This document shows positions 17,468 through 29,605 of a stretch of DNA of 64,000 nt, one piece after another. How positions within the stretch are numbered: position 1 is the stretch's first letter; every line of letters starts with the position of its first letter. The notes under the pieces were generated by a model, which saw only the letters and a program-made list of their open reading frames with translations, was not told the DNA's origin and searched no databases. The translations under genes were made by a program, and so were the position numbers. The stretch is from an uncultured Prochlorococcus sp. (GTDB lineage: Bacteria > Cyanobacteriota > Cyanobacteriia > PCC-6307 > Cyanobiaceae): NCBI GenBank assembly GCA_902564235.1, contig CACFAG010000001.1, positions 127,284 to 191,283 of the forward strand, written 5' to 3'.

Positions 17468-18754
17468 ATGAAGATCATAAATAATAAAAAAGACGCAATC
17501 AAAGAATTAAAAAGGATTTCTAACCGAACCAATTCAGATAACAATAACAAAATAAATACAATTGTTGAAGAAATTCTTCAAGAGGTTAAAACTCATGGAG
17601 ATATAGCAGTGGAAAAATATACAAGAAAATTTGATGGTTTCAACCCTAATCCTATGCAAATAAATGCAGAGGACCTTAAGAATGCATGGAATGAAATTAG
17701 TTGCGATTTAAAGCATTCACTTGAAGTAGCACATAAAAGAATTAAAAACTTTCATGAAAAAGAAATTCCATCTTCCTTCTCTATCAAAGGTAAACATGGT
17801 GATACAGTCCAAAGAAGATGGAGGCCAGTAAAAAATGCAGGTATTTATATCCCCGGAGGTAGAGCTGCTTATCCAAGTACCGTATTAATGAATGCAATAC
17901 CTGCAACAGTTGCAGGAGTCGAAGAAATTATAATGGTATCTCCAGGAAATAAAGAAGGGGAAATAAACAAAACTGTTTTAGCTGCAGCTCACTTATCAGG
18001 GATTAATAAGGTTTTTAGAATTGGAGGAGCTCAAGCTATTGGTGCTTTAGCATTTGGCACAGAACAAATCAATAAAGTTGATGTTATTACAGGTCCAGGA
18101 AATATCTTTGTAACTACTGCGAAAAAACTAATTTATGGCTCTACAGGAATAGATTCCTTGGCTGGTCCAAGTGAAATATTAATAATTTCGGATGAAACAG
18201 CTCAAAGTACTCATATAGCATCTGATCTCTTAGCACAAGCAGAACATGATCCTTTGGCTTCTTCTATACTTCTAACTACTTCAAAAGACCAGGCAAAACA
18301 AGTTTTAGATGAACTTCATAAAAAAATAGATGATCATCCAAGAAAAGAAATTTGTATGCAATCAATAAAAAATTGGGGATTAATTGTTATTTGCGAGGAT
18401 TATGAATCATGTATTGAACTAAGTAATAATTTTGCTCCAGAACACTTAGAAATTTTAACTTTAGATTCAAAAAAGATTCTTGAAGGTATTGAGAATGCAG
18501 GTGCAATATTTTTAGGTAAATGGACACCGGAAGCTGTGGGAGATTATCTAGCCGGACCAAATCATACTTTACCTACATCAGGAAATTCTAGATTTAGCGG
18601 TTCTCTAGGAGTTGAAACTTTTATGAAAAACACTTCAATAATAGAATTTAATGAAAAAAGTTTAAAAGTTAATAGTCTTGATATTATTAATCTTGCTAAA
18701 AGTGAGGGCTTACATAGTCACGCTAAATCAGTACAAATAAGATTCGAAGATTAG
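17468..18754 (+). CDS. hisD: Histidinol dehydrogenase
   Basis: [41 protein letters not shown]. Confidence 0.98.
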   Translation: MKIINNKKDAIKELKRISNRTNSDNNNKINTIVEEILQEVKTHGDIAVEKYTRKFDGFNPNPMQINAEDLKNAWNEISCDLKHSLEVAHKRIKNFHEKEIPSSFSIKGKHGDTVQRRWRPVKNAGIYIPGGRAAYPSTVLMNAIPATVAGVEEIIMVSPGNKEGEINKTVLAAAHLSGINKVFRIGGAQAIGALAFGTEQINKVDVITGPGNIFVTTAKKLIYGSTGIDSLAGPSEILIISDETAQSTHIASDLLAQAEHDPLASSILLTTSKDQAKQVLDELHKKIDDHPRKEICMQSIKNWGLIVICEDYESCIELSNNFAPEHLEILTLDSKKILEGIENAGAIFLGKWTPEAVGDYLAGPNHTLPTSGNSRFSGSLGVETFMKNTSIIEFNEKSLKVNSLDIINLAKSEGLHSHAKSVQIRFED

Positions 18755-19464
18755 CTAACTTTTGAGGGGGAATAAACAACTGGCATACCGTTTTCAATTT
18801 TGCCAACCAATACTTTGTCTGTAAGATCAACGAATAATCCATTTTCTAATACTCCTGGAATATTATTAATACTCATTTCGATGTCTCTTGGATTCTTTAT
18901 ACCATCATTAAACAATATATCTAGAATAAGATTTCCCTGATCAGTAACAACTGGGCCAGCTTTCTTTGCAGCCATTCTTAAAGTAGAACTGCCTTTCATT
19001 TCTGAAATCACTTCCTTAACTTGTTTCCAAGCATTTGGAAGGACTTCTACAGGTAAAGGGAAAGATCGATTTAAATTCTGTACGAGTTTAGTTTCGTCAA
19101 CAACAATCAACAATTGATTAGCTTTTGATGCAACTAACTTTTCTCTAACATGACATGCTCCTCCACCTTTTATTAATTGAAATCCAGGATCAACTTCATC
19201 TGCTCCATCAATAGCTAAATCAATTTGAGAAACAGAAGCTAAATCAATAAGCGGGATATTAAGTTCAAGTGCTAAAACTTCTGATTGAAAGGACGTTGCA
19301 ACACCTCTTATATTTTGGAGTTTTCCGGAACGTAATTCATCCGCTAGGCTTTTTATCATAAGCGCGGCTGTAGATCCAGATCCTAATCCAATAATCATGT
19401 CACTCTTTACTTCTTTAATTGCTGCATCAGCAACTATCTGTTTCATTTGAGTTTGTGAATCCAA
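18751..19464 (-). CDS. rpiA: Ribose-5-phosphate isomerase A
   Basis: [22 protein letters not shown]; true start may be ATG at 19446. Confidence 0.97.
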   Translation of the reverse strand: MDSQTQMKQIVADAAIKEVKSDMIIGLGSGSTAALMIKSLADELRSGKLQNIRGVATSFQSEVLALELNIPLIDLASVSQIDLAIDGADEVDPGFQLIKGGGACHVREKLVASKANQLLIVVDETKLVQNLNRSFPLPVEVLPNAWKQVKEVISEMKGSSTLRMAAKKAGPVVTDQGNLILDILFNDGIKNPRDIEMSINNIPGVLENGLFVDLTDKVLVGKIENGMPVVYSPSKVS

Positions 19465-19510
19465 AATCTTTTTTTCTTTATTTATAGATAATTAAATTTC
19501 AATGGGTGAT

Positions 19511-20638
<1,128 letters not shown>

Positions 20639-20796
20639 TTATTTAATTTTTTGTTGATTTATTAAATAAATCTAATTGAAGAAATATATTATTGTTGTTT
20701 TTTTGTTTACATCCATAAAATACAAATTTCTGAATTTTGTATAGAAAAAACAACTTTGTATGTGAAGATTATCTTAAATATTTATACAAAATTAAT

Positions 20797-21264
20797 TTGA
20801 ATAAAGAAAACAAAAGCAAACTAGAAACTCTATTAAAAAAAGTTGCTTATCTATGGAATTTCGAAATCTGCAGTTTAAATATTCAAACCAGTCAAAATCC
20901 AATTGTTATAAAAATATTTATAAAAAAAACTAATGGTGATGATATTTCACTTGATGATTGTGCTCTATTTAATAACCCAGCATCTGAAGAAATAGAAAAT
21001 TCGAATCTTTTAAATTGTTCATATGTCTTAGAAATTAGTAGTCAAGGGGTCAGTGATGAATTAACCTCAGAAAGAGACTTCAAAACTTTTAAGGGTTTTC
21101 CAGTTAATGTTGAATTAAACCAAAAAAATTCAAAAAAAAATTTTTTGAATGGTTTACTTTATGAAAAGTCTAAAGATTATTTAGCCATTAACATAAAAGG
21201 AAAGATAAAAAAAATCCCTTTTGATGAAGTACTAAAGATTAGTCTTTGTACATTAAAGGATTAA
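20797..21264 (+). CDS. rimP: Ribosome maturation factor RimP
   Basis: [25 protein letters not shown]; first gene before nusA; in-frame TTG at 20797 chosen as likely start. Confidence 0.9.
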   Translation: MNKENKSKLETLLKKVAYLWNFEICSLNIQTSQNPIVIKIFIKKTNGDDISLDDCALFNNPASEEIENSNLLNCSYVLEISSQGVSDELTSERDFKTFKGFPVNVELNQKNSKKNFLNGLLYEKSKDYLAINIKGKIKKIPFDEVLKISLCTLKD

Positions 21265-21299
21265 TTATTTTCAACCATTATCCATTTACCCCATCATAG

Positions 21300-22703
21300 A
21301 TGGCATTAGTTATTCTCCCAGGTTTAAACAATCTCATTGAAGATATTAGTGAGGAAAAAAAGTTACCTCCTAATGTAGTGGAAGCTGCTTTGCGCGAGGC
21401 TTTATTAAAAGGGTACGAGAAATATAGAAGAACTTTTTATATTGGAGTTAATGAAGATCCTTTTGATGAAGAATACTTTAGTAATTTTGACGTTGGATTA
21501 GATCTAGATGAGGAAGGTTATAGGATATTATCAAGCAAAATAATTGTAGAAGAAGTAGAGAGCGAAGATCATCAAATATCTTTGGTAGAAGTCAAACAAG
21601 TAGCTGATGATGCCCAAATAGGTGACACAGTTGTTTTAGACGTTACTCCAGAAAAAGAAGATTTTGGACGAATGGCTGCTTCAACAACAAAGCAAGTTTT
21701 AGCACAAAAATTAAGAGATCAACAAAGAAAAATGATCCAGGAAGAATTTGCAGATTTAGAGGATCCTGTTTTAACAGCAAGAGTTATAAGATTTGAAAGA
21801 CAATCAGTAATTATGGGAGTAAGTTCTGGTATTGGTAGACCTGAAGTAGAGGCTGAACTTCCCAAAAGAGATCAATTACCAAATGATAATTACAGAGCAA
21901 ATGCAACTTTCAAAGTATTTTTAAAAGAAGTTAGCGAAATAGCCAGAAAAGGGCCACAACTTTTTGTAAGCAGAGCAAATGCTGGTTTAGTCGTTTATTT
22001 ATTTGAAAATGAAGTACCCGAAATTCAAGAAGGCACAGTAAAAATAGTTGCTGTTTCAAGAGAAGCAAATCCACCTTCAAGAGCTGTTGGGCCAAGAACA
22101 AAAGTAGCCGTTGATAGTGTCGAACAAGAAGTTGACCCTGTAGGTGCCTGTATTGGAGCTAGAGGAGCAAGAATTCAACAAGTAGTTAATGAATTAAGAG
22201 GAGAAAAAATTGATGTTATTAAATGGTCATCAGATCCAATACAATATATTCTTAATTCTTTAAGCCCGGCGAAAGTAGATCTCGTGAGACTAGTCGACCC
22301 AGAAGGGCAACATGCGCACGTACTAGTTCCTCCTGATCAGTTGAGTCTTGCAATTGGTAGAGAAGGTCAAAATGTAAGACTTGCTGCAAGGTTAACTGGT
22401 TGGAAAATTGATGTTAAAAACTCACATGAATATGATCAGGAGGCAGAAGATGCTGCAGTCTCTGAATTAATCATTCAAAGGGAAGATGAAGAAAATCTCC
22501 AGCGAGAAGCTGAGCTTAGATTAGAAGCAGAACAAGCCGAGCGAGCTGCAGAAGATGCAAGATTGAGAGAGCTTTATCCGCTTCCTGAAGATGATGAAGA
22601 ATATGGACAAGAAACATATGAAGCTGAAGGCTTCTCAGAAAATAATCAATTAGAGACTGTTCAAGACATTGAAATATCTTCAAAAGAGGAGAGAAAAAGG
22701 TGA
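21300..22703 (+). CDS. nusA: Transcription termination/antitermination factor NusA
   Basis: FGRMAASTTKQV, DPVGACIGARGARI, LSLAIGREGQNVRLAARLTG. Confidence 0.98.
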   Translation: MALVILPGLNNLIEDISEEKKLPPNVVEAALREALLKGYEKYRRTFYIGVNEDPFDEEYFSNFDVGLDLDEEGYRILSSKIIVEEVESEDHQISLVEVKQVADDAQIGDTVVLDVTPEKEDFGRMAASTTKQVLAQKLRDQQRKMIQEEFADLEDPVLTARVIRFERQSVIMGVSSGIGRPEVEAELPKRDQLPNDNYRANATFKVFLKEVSEIARKGPQLFVSRANAGLVVYLFENEVPEIQEGTVKIVAVSREANPPSRAVGPRTKVAVDSVEQEVDPVGACIGARGARIQQVVNELRGEKIDVIKWSSDPIQYILNSLSPAKVDLVRLVDPEGQHAHVLVPPDQLSLAIGREGQNVRLAARLTGWKIDVKNSHEYDQEAEDAAVSELIIQREDEENLQREAELRLEAEQAERAAEDARLRELYPLPEDDEEYGQETYEAEGFSENNQLETVQDIEISSKEERKR

Positions 22704-22981
22704 TACAACAAGCACCTGTTATGCGTATTTGCATTTCATGCAGAAAAACATATGACAGGAAAAATCTTATAAAGATTACAAAAGATCACATGCATGGCAT
22801 TATGTTTCAAAATGGAATGGGTCGATCAGCTTACATTTGCAAGTCAAAAAAATGTTACTCAGATTCCAAAATCAAAAAAAAGCTTCAAAAAGCTTTAAAA
22901 ACTTCACTAGAGTCTGAATTTATTGATATTTTTGAAAAAGAAATTACAAGCTACAATGACTATCCCAATAAGGGAATATAA
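22700..22981 (+). CDS. ylxR: YlxR/DUF448 family RNA-binding protein
   Basis: PVMRICISCR...GRSAYIC; conserved position between nusA and infB. Confidence 0.88.
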   Translation: MIQQAPVMRICISCRKTYDRKNLIKITKDHMHGIMFQNGMGRSAYICKSKKCYSDSKIKKKLQKALKTSLESEFIDIFEKEITSYNDYPNKGI

Positions 22982-23028
22982 TTAAATTGAATTCTCTTTA
23001 ATTTCAAAAAGAGTACTAATCAGATTAA

Positions 23029-26000
23029 ATGACTATCAGCGATAAAATCAGAATTTACGAACTTTCCAGAGACCTAAATCTGGAAAATAAAGATATATTG
23101 GATGCCGCTCAAAAACTTTCTATTTCAGTAAAAAGCCATAGCAGTTCTATTAGTGCGGAAGAGGCAAAAAAAATAAAAAATCTTATTATTAAGAAAAATT
23201 CAGATAAAGAAATACTTTCCATTAATAAACCTTCCATTAAAAAAGATAATTACAAACAAACTCAAGTAGATAAATCTCCTGTTATTTCTTCCGTAAGAGG
23301 CAAACCTCTCAAAGACAATTCAAATAAAAAACCATTATTGATAAAACCACTTAACAAGCCTGAGAGTGTAAAAAAAATTCCAAATCAACTTCAAAATCCC
23401 ATTAAAACCAACATTATTAATAGTTCACAATCTCGAGCAAATCTTACAAATACAAATATAAATAGTAAACCTTTACAGAAGGTAAACCAAGATAAAAAAA
23501 CTTTCAAAAATAACACAACCCCGCCTATCAAAAGTCCGGCAAAACCACCTATTCAATTAATCGCAAAGCCAAAAAATATAAATAATAGTTTTAAATCTAA
23601 TGAATCTTCCCAGAACATCGCAAGTGCAGGGGATAAAAGACGACTATCAAACAACCCCGTTCAAAGTGCGAACAAACCTAAAACAAAAAATTTTAATACT
23701 GGAATGAAAACCCCTGAGCTGGTAGGAGCTCCAATAAGAAGAGAAGATCCAAAAATAAATCCTAATAAACAAAATAGTAAGCAAAACAATGCTTTTAAGC
23801 AAACTGCCTCAAACAGACCTGGTTCTCCTAACAGACCTGGCATGCCCAATAATAGGCCTGGATTTAGAAACAAACCTTCAGATCAAGGCAGACCTGGCTC
23901 ATTTAATAAGCAAGGTAATCCCAATAGACCTGGTTCTCCCAACAGACCTGGCATCCCCAATAGGCCTGGTTTAAGAAACAAACCTTCAGATCAAGGCAGA
24001 CCTGGCTCATTTAATAGGCAAGGTAATCCTAATAGACCTGGTTCTCCTAACAGACCTGGCATGCCCAATAAGAGGCCTGGTTCTAAATTCAATGGCCAAA
24101 ATTCCTCTGGGATAAGGAAGCCAGTATCACCTAACGAACTTTTACAACTTCAAAAAAATAATAATTCTGAGAAAGATAACCTAGTTTCAAAGAATAACGC
24201 AAAACAAAATATCGATGCACCTAATCAGAAGGCAAAAGCGCCTAATAATCGTCCAAATACTACTCCAAGTTCCAAAAAACCTCCTCATAGAACATTTTCA
24301 AATAGTTCAAAGAAACCTGGCAAGACAGACTGGGATGATAGCGCAAAACTTGAAGCATTAAGAAGTAAAAATCCTCAAAAACAAAGGCAGAAAGTTCATA
24401 TTATTGGTGAAAATGATGATTCATTAACATCTGAAACCAGTGGATATTCAGGAGAGAAAATTTCAATTTTATCAGCAAGTCTGGCGCGTCCTAAGAAAGA
24501 AAAGTCTGAAGAAACTAAATCTCAAAAATCTATCAAACAATTTAAGAAGAAGAAAAAAGAGACCACAAGACAAAGGCAGAAAAGGAGAGCAATGGAATTA
24601 AAGGCTGCCAAAGAGGCCAAACAAGTAAGACCTGAAATGATAATAGTTCCCGAAGATAATTTAACTGTTCAAGAGTTAGCGGATAAATTAAGCCTTGAAA
24701 GTTCTGAAATAATAAAATCTCTTTTCTTCAAAGGAATAACGGCAACTGTTACTCAATCACTTGACTTGGCAACTATTGAAACAGTAGCAGAAGAATTTGG
24801 GGTGCCTGTTTTACAAGATGATATCCAAGAAGCTGCTGAGAAAACAGTTGATATGATTGAATCTGATGATATTGATAATCTAATAAGAAGACCACCTGTT
24901 ATTACAGTAATGGGTCATGTAGATCATGGCAAAACAAGTCTTTTAGATTCCATCAGAGAATCAAGAGTAGCTTCGGGGGAAGCAGGTGGCATCACTCAAC
25001 ACATAGGCGCTTATCAAGTTGAATTTGAACATGAATCTCAAAAGAAAAAATTAACTTTTCTTGATACCCCTGGTCATGAAGCCTTTACTGCAATGAGAGC
25101 AAGGGGGACAAAGGTTACAGATGTAGCTGTTCTTGTAGTTGCTGCAGATGATGGTTGCAGGCCTCAAACATTAGAAGCTATCAGTCATGCAAGAGCTGCA
25201 AAAGTGCCAATAGTTGTTGCAATAAATAAAATTGACAAGGAAGGGGCTTCTCCAGACAGAGTAAAGCAGGAACTATCAGAAAAAGATTTAATTGCTGAAG
25301 ATTGGGGAGGCGATACAGTGATGGTTCCAGTAAGTGCTATCAAAAAACAAAACATTGATAAATTACTTGAAATGATCTTATTAGTTTCAGAGGTAGAAGA
25401 TCTACAAGCTAACCCTGATAGATTTGCAAAAGGTACTGTTATTGAAGCCCACCTAGACAAAGCAAAAGGACCTGTGGCTACTTTGTTAGTACAAAATGGA
25501 ACCTTGAAATCTGGAGATGTTTTAGCTGCGGGTTCAGTCCTTGGAAAAATTAGAGCAATGGTTGATGAACATGGTAATAGAATCAAAGAAGCAGGGCCAT
25601 CATTCCCAGTGGAAGCGCTAGGATTCAGTGAAGTACCCACTGCAGGGGATGAATTCGAAGTCTACCCTGATGAGAAAACTGGTCGAGCCATTGTCGGAGA
25701 AAGGGCAACAGATGCTAGAGCCACAAAATTAGCTCAGCAAATGGCCTCTAGAAGAGTCAGCTTATCATCCTTATCAACTCAAGCAAATGATGGAGAACTT
25801 AAGGAGTTAAACTTAATTCTCAAGGCTGATGTTCAAGGTAGTGTTGAAGCGATATTAGGATCACTAGAACAATTACCAAAAAATGAAGTTCAAGTCAGAG
25901 TTCTACTTTCTGCTCCCGGAGAAATAACTGAGACAGATATCGATCTCGCTGCTGCATCTGGGTCAGTAATCATTGGATTTAACACCTCATTGGCTTCTGG

Positions 26001-26415
26001 CGCAAAGAGAGCAGCTGATGCTAATGACGTTGACATAAGAGAATATGAAGTAATTTATAAACTCTTAGAAGATATTCAGTTGGCCATGGAAGGGCTACTT
26101 GAACCCGATCTGGTCGAAGAATCATTAGGGCAAGCTGAAGTTAGAGCAACTTTTGCAGTTGGCAAAGGGGCTATTGCGGGCTGTTATATACAAACTGGTA
26201 AACTACAAAGGAATTGTTCTCTGAGAGTTATTAGATCAGAGAAAGTAATATTTGAGGGTAATTTAGACTCTTTAAAAAGAGCTAAAGATGATGTAAAAGA
26301 AGTAAATACAGGATTTGAATGTGGAGTTGGCTGCGATAAATTCTCTTCATGGATTGAAGGAGATGTAATCGAAGCATTCAAGTTTGTCACCAAAAAAAGG
26401 ACCTTATCACAATAA
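23029..26415 (+). CDS. infB: Translation initiation factor IF-2
   Basis: [32 protein letters not shown]-motifs; long low-complexity N-terminal region. Confidence 0.99.
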   Translation: MTISDKIRIYELSRDLNLENKDILDAAQKLSISVKSHSSSISAEEAKKIKNLIIKKNSDKEILSINKPSIKKDNYKQTQVDKSPVISSVRGKPLKDNSNKKPLLIKPLNKPESVKKIPNQLQNPIKTNIINSSQSRANLTNTNINSKPLQKVNQDKKTFKNNTTPPIKSPAKPPIQLIAKPKNINNSFKSNESSQNIASAGDKRRLSNNPVQSANKPKTKNFNTGMKTPELVGAPIRREDPKINPNKQNSKQNNAFKQTASNRPGSPNRPGMPNNRPGFRNKPSDQGRPGSFNKQGNPNRPGSPNRPGIPNRPGLRNKPSDQGRPGSFNRQGNPNRPGSPNRPGMPNKRPGSKFNGQNSSGIRKPVSPNELLQLQKNNNSEKDNLVSKNNAKQNIDAPNQKAKAPNNRPNTTPSSKKPPHRTFSNSSKKPGKTDWDDSAKLEALRSKNPQKQRQKVHIIGENDDSLTSETSGYSGEKISILSASLARPKKEKSEETKSQKSIKQFKKKKKETTRQRQKRRAMELKAAKEAKQVRPEMIIVPEDNLTVQELADKLSLESSEIIKSLFFKGITATVTQSLDLATIETVAEEFGVPVLQDDIQEAAEKTVDMIESDDIDNLIRRPPVITVMGHVDHGKTSLLDSIRESRVASGEAGGITQHIGAYQVEFEHESQKKKLTFLDTPGHEAFTAMRARGTKVTDVAVLVVAADDGCRPQTLEAISHARAAKVPIVVAINKIDKEGASPDRVKQELSEKDLIAEDWGGDTVMVPVSAIKKQNIDKLLEMILLVSEVEDLQANPDRFAKGTVIEAHLDKAKGPVATLLVQNGTLKSGDVLAAGSVLGKIRAMVDEHGNRIKEAGPSFPVEALGFSEVPTAGDEFEVYPDEKTGRAIVGERATDARATKLAQQMASRRVSLSSLSTQANDGELKELNLILKADVQGSVEAILGSLEQLPKNEVQVRVLLSAPGEITETDIDLAAASGSVIIGFNTSLASGAKRAADANDVDIREYEVIYKLLEDIQLAMEGLLEPDLVEESLGQAEVRATFAVGKGAIAGCYIQTGKLQRNCSLRVIRSEKVIFEGNLDSLKRAKDDVKEVNTGFECGVGCDKFSSWIEGDVIEAFKFVTKKRTLSQ
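23812..24081 (+). repeat. In-frame tandem repeat in infB (about 2.5 units of 108-111 nt, built from RPG subunits)
   Basis: Units start at 23812, 23923 and 24031 and encode [10 protein letters not shown](M/I)[22 protein letters not shown]. Confidence 0.9.
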
Positions 26416-26431
26416 TTAAACCTCTAGTTTA

Positions 26432-26680
26432 TTAATCTTTATTTCCCTCAAAGATTAATAAAGTAGGAAATATTACACAAGCACCCAACTGTATGAGAAG
26501 GTTATTTAGCTGTAATTCAGTTCCATTCGCAATTCTGGAAAGCATTATTAGGAGTCCCAAAAATGCAGAACCACTAAAAGCTATCCACAATATTCTTCTC
26601 AATCCCTTGAAAGGAGCTTGGGATTCCTTTAATAATTTCTTTTTTAATTCAGGATCTATTTTTGACATAAATTCTTTCAA
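26432..26680 (-). CDS. DUF3493-like small membrane protein
   Basis: KLLKESQAPFKGLRRILWIAF followed by two hydrophobic helices. Confidence 0.75.
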   Translation of the reverse strand: MKEFMSKIDPELKKKLLKESQAPFKGLRRILWIAFSGSAFLGLLIMLSRIANGTELQLNNLLIQLGACVIFPTLLIFEGNKD

Positions 26681-26722
26681 TTATAGAATTAAGTCTATAT
26701 GAAAAATTTAATATTTAATTTG

Positions 26723-26794
26723 GCCGGTGTAGCTCAGTGGTAGAGCAACTGTCTCGTAAACAGTAGGTCATTGGTTCAATTCCAATTATCGGCA
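26723..26794 (+). tRNA. trnT: tRNA-Thr(CGT)
   Basis: Acceptor GCCGGTG/TATCGGC, D-arm AGCTCAGTGGTAGAGC, anticodon arm ACTGT-CTCGTAA-ACAGT, T-loop GGTTCAATTCC; CCA not encoded. Confidence 0.96.
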
Positions 26795-26812
26795 CTTTCA
26801 TAGCAAATTAAA

Positions 26813-28366
26813 ATGGTTAATAAAATTTTAAAATTTAGATATCTCTTTAAATTATTTGTTTTTATTCCTCTTATTTTTTATTTTGGCAAAAGAAGTTATA
26901 TTGCGTTCGATGAAGGTTTTTATGCACTACAAGCTAGATGGATATTAGAAAAAGGTAACTGGACAATTCCACTATGGTGGGATGAATATGCTTTAGATAG
27001 AACAATCGGATTACAGTTTTTAATAGCAAAGTCACAAGACTTATTTGGAAAAAATATTTTTTCTGCATATCTACCAACAACAGTCGCATCAATATTGATG
27101 TTATTTACAACTTACAAATTACATGAAGAATTATTTAATAAAAAAAATGCAATTATATCTCCACTAATCCTTGCTACTACATATATATGGTTTGACTACT
27201 CACACTTAGCCACTCAAGATATTATTTATTCATGTTTAGTAACTGTTGGAGTATTAGCTTTAGTCAAAATAAAAAGTAAAAATAACAAATTCTATATTCT
27301 GCTTTTTGGAATTTGGATTGGTTTAGCTTTTATGATGAAAACTTTTTTAGTTTTTGTACCGTTATTATCACTAGTACCATATATTTTTTTAAAAAAAAAT
27401 TTTTTATTCATCAAATTCTTTTGGTTAGGTCTAATCATTGGATTTATTCCTTTTTTAGTCTGGACGTTTTCTATCAACCCTTATTTAGATAAAAATATTA
27501 TTTTTTACTTAGTTGAAAAGTTTAACTTTCTATCAAATAAAAATACTTTTACACATCCTTTCTATTATTATTTCTGGAATGTACCCGTAACATTTCTGCC
27601 ATGGAGTTTTTTTGCAATAATTGGCACAATATACAATGTTTCTCAAAGTAAAGAGAATAAGTATATACTTGCTTTTTTTCCTTTTATTTTACTAACAATC
27701 CTTAGCATTTTCTCTACAAAAACCCCCTACTATACTCTACAAATCTCATCTATTTTTTCATTAAATACATATGTAGGAATAAAATATTTACTCAATTCAG
27801 ACAAATATAGTCGATTTTTTATATTTATGACATCAAATATAATTCCATTATTTATATTTGCTCTAACTTTCACATATTATTTTTTCTTTAAAGATTCAAT
27901 TAACCTTAATACAAAGGAAAATGTATTTATAATTCTTGGTTTATTATCTTTCGGCTTATCTTGGTCATTAATAAAACATAAAAATTCGTTCAAAGAAATA
28001 TTAATAACTCTCATAATTGGGCCTTACTTATTCACTTCATTTATTTTGCAATCAGGTTTATTCACTGATAGATCAAGAGAACTAAGAGAGAAAATGGAAT
28101 ATGTTGCATCCCTTGATTTAGTAAAAAATCAAACAATCATGGTAGATAAAAAAGGAATCAACAACTCTCGATCGCAATCAAAAATCATAAGGATTTCTTT
28201 ATCAACTCCCAAATTAGGTAGGGGATTAGAAAGTATTAATCAGTTAAAAAAATCTGAATTAGCATGGACAACTGACCATAAAAAAATAAAAGATAATAAT
28301 AATTCTTATGAAGTGATATACGAAAATGATGTTTTAAATCCATGGAAATTAATATTAAAAAAGTAA
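26813..28366 (+). CDS. ArnT/PMT-like (GT-C fold) polytopic membrane glycosyltransferase
   Basis: DEGFYALQAR N-terminal motif, GLAFMMK, HPFYYYFW..FLPWS, KTPYY; many TM helices. Confidence 0.85.
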   Translation: MVNKILKFRYLFKLFVFIPLIFYFGKRSYIAFDEGFYALQARWILEKGNWTIPLWWDEYALDRTIGLQFLIAKSQDLFGKNIFSAYLPTTVASILMLFTTYKLHEELFNKKNAIISPLILATTYIWFDYSHLATQDIIYSCLVTVGVLALVKIKSKNNKFYILLFGIWIGLAFMMKTFLVFVPLLSLVPYIFLKKNFLFIKFFWLGLIIGFIPFLVWTFSINPYLDKNIIFYLVEKFNFLSNKNTFTHPFYYYFWNVPVTFLPWSFFAIIGTIYNVSQSKENKYILAFFPFILLTILSIFSTKTPYYTLQISSIFSLNTYVGIKYLLNSDKYSRFFIFMTSNIIPLFIFALTFTYYFFFKDSINLNTKENVFIILGLLSFGLSWSLIKHKNSFKEILITLIIGPYLFTSFILQSGLFTDRSRELREKMEYVASLDLVKNQTIMVDKKGINNSRSQSKIIRISLSTPKLGRGLESINQLKKSELAWTTDHKKIKDNNNSYEVIYENDVLNPWKLILKK

Positions 28367-28407
28367 ATAATCCATATATAATGAATTGTTGTTTGTAATC
28401 TTTAATA

Positions 28408-29499
28408 ATGAGATCTGTTAATAGTTGGAATTTAACTAATAATAAACTTCATCAATTATTCAAAGACAATAACGAATTTATTTCTATTAAAGTCCGCGGG
28501 AATACTTGGGAGCCAATCACTAGATGGCTAAGACTAGATTCAAGAATTTTTAGAGAAACTACTAGCAAAGCAAGAATAACTTTATGCGATATCGAATCTC
28601 TAGCAGAAATTTATAACTACAGATCAATTAGATGGAAAGCAAAAAAACTAACTCCTTTGCCCACTAAGATAATTCCACAATCTATTAAAAATATTTTCAG
28701 GAAAATACCAATCATAAAACAACTCGCTTATGAACTCGAAATAGTTTTTTATAAATATAGTGAAAATATTTCTGAACATTTAATATCAATTGTAATTCCT
28801 GCAAGAAATGAAGCTGGTAATAAAGAACTTTTAATTAATGCCTTAAATAAATTCAAAAATATACCCAATAAATTAGAAATTATATTTGTTGAAGGCAATA
28901 GCAATGATAATACATATGAAATTTTGAAAGAATTAAAAGAAAATTTTTCAAAATTTTTCAAGATATCTCTTTTAAAACAAACTTCCAAAGGGAAGAAAAA
29001 TGCAGTCGTAGAAGGGTTTAATATTTCTGCAGGTGAGACCCTCGCCATAATTGATAGTGATTTTACTGTAGATATTGATGACAGTATTGCAGCAATTATG
29101 GAATCAACCAAAAATAAAAATATCCTCATTAATTGCGCCCGCACAACTTTTCCAATGGAGAGAGATGCGATGAGATGGGCAAATTATATAGGAAATAGAC
29201 TCTTCGCAATTTATCTATCAGTTCTGATAAATAAGCCTGTATCAGATTCACTCTGCGGAACAAAAGTTTTTTCTAGAAAATTCTTTAAACTTATGAAGCA
29301 AAACGGAAGTTGGGATTCCAAGTCTGACCCATTTGGAGACTTTACAATAATATTTGAAGCTGCGAACAATAACATTAAAATACTAAATTATCCTGTTAGA
29401 TATTACGCTAGAAAATCTGGAGCACCAAATATATCTAGATGGATAGATGGATTAAAACTTCTCAAAGTATGCTGGATCTATATGATTTCTGATATCTGA
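28408..29499 (+). CDS. GT2 glycosyltransferase (polyprenol-phosphate type) with N-terminal extension
   Basis: ISIVIPARNEAGN, VEGNSNDNT, IIDSD, DSLCGTK, DPFGDF, PVRYYAR. Confidence 0.88.
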   Translation: MRSVNSWNLTNNKLHQLFKDNNEFISIKVRGNTWEPITRWLRLDSRIFRETTSKARITLCDIESLAEIYNYRSIRWKAKKLTPLPTKIIPQSIKNIFRKIPIIKQLAYELEIVFYKYSENISEHLISIVIPARNEAGNKELLINALNKFKNIPNKLEIIFVEGNSNDNTYEILKELKENFSKFFKISLLKQTSKGKKNAVVEGFNISAGETLAIIDSDFTVDIDDSIAAIMESTKNKNILINCARTTFPMERDAMRWANYIGNRLFAIYLSVLINKPVSDSLCGTKVFSRKFFKLMKQNGSWDSKSDPFGDFTIIFEAANNNIKILNYPVRYYARKSGAPNISRWIDGLKLLKVCWIYMISDI

Positions 29500-29605
29500 A
29501 TTAAATAAAATTTTCGCGAGTGATTTTTTAGGATTTTTAATTTCTCCAAATTAGTAATAAAGTAGTTAGATTCTTATAGGAAGTAAATTCATTAAATTTC
29601 ATGAC

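Noticed and set aside
23812-24081. Repeat array as a possible CRISPR
   Set aside because: In-frame coding repeat within infB; no unique spacers and no cas genes.
27384-27405. T7-A9-T6 homopolymer block in the ArnT-like gene as a phase-variation switch
   Set aside because: The frame is intact and similar runs occur in housekeeping genes (e.g. rimP near 21133); expected at this AT content.
29500-29605. attR (duplicated tRNA-Thr 3' end) bounding the ArnT/GT2 pair
   Set aside because: No copy of the tRNA 3' sequence was seen and no integrase is nearby, so an active integrative element is unsupported.
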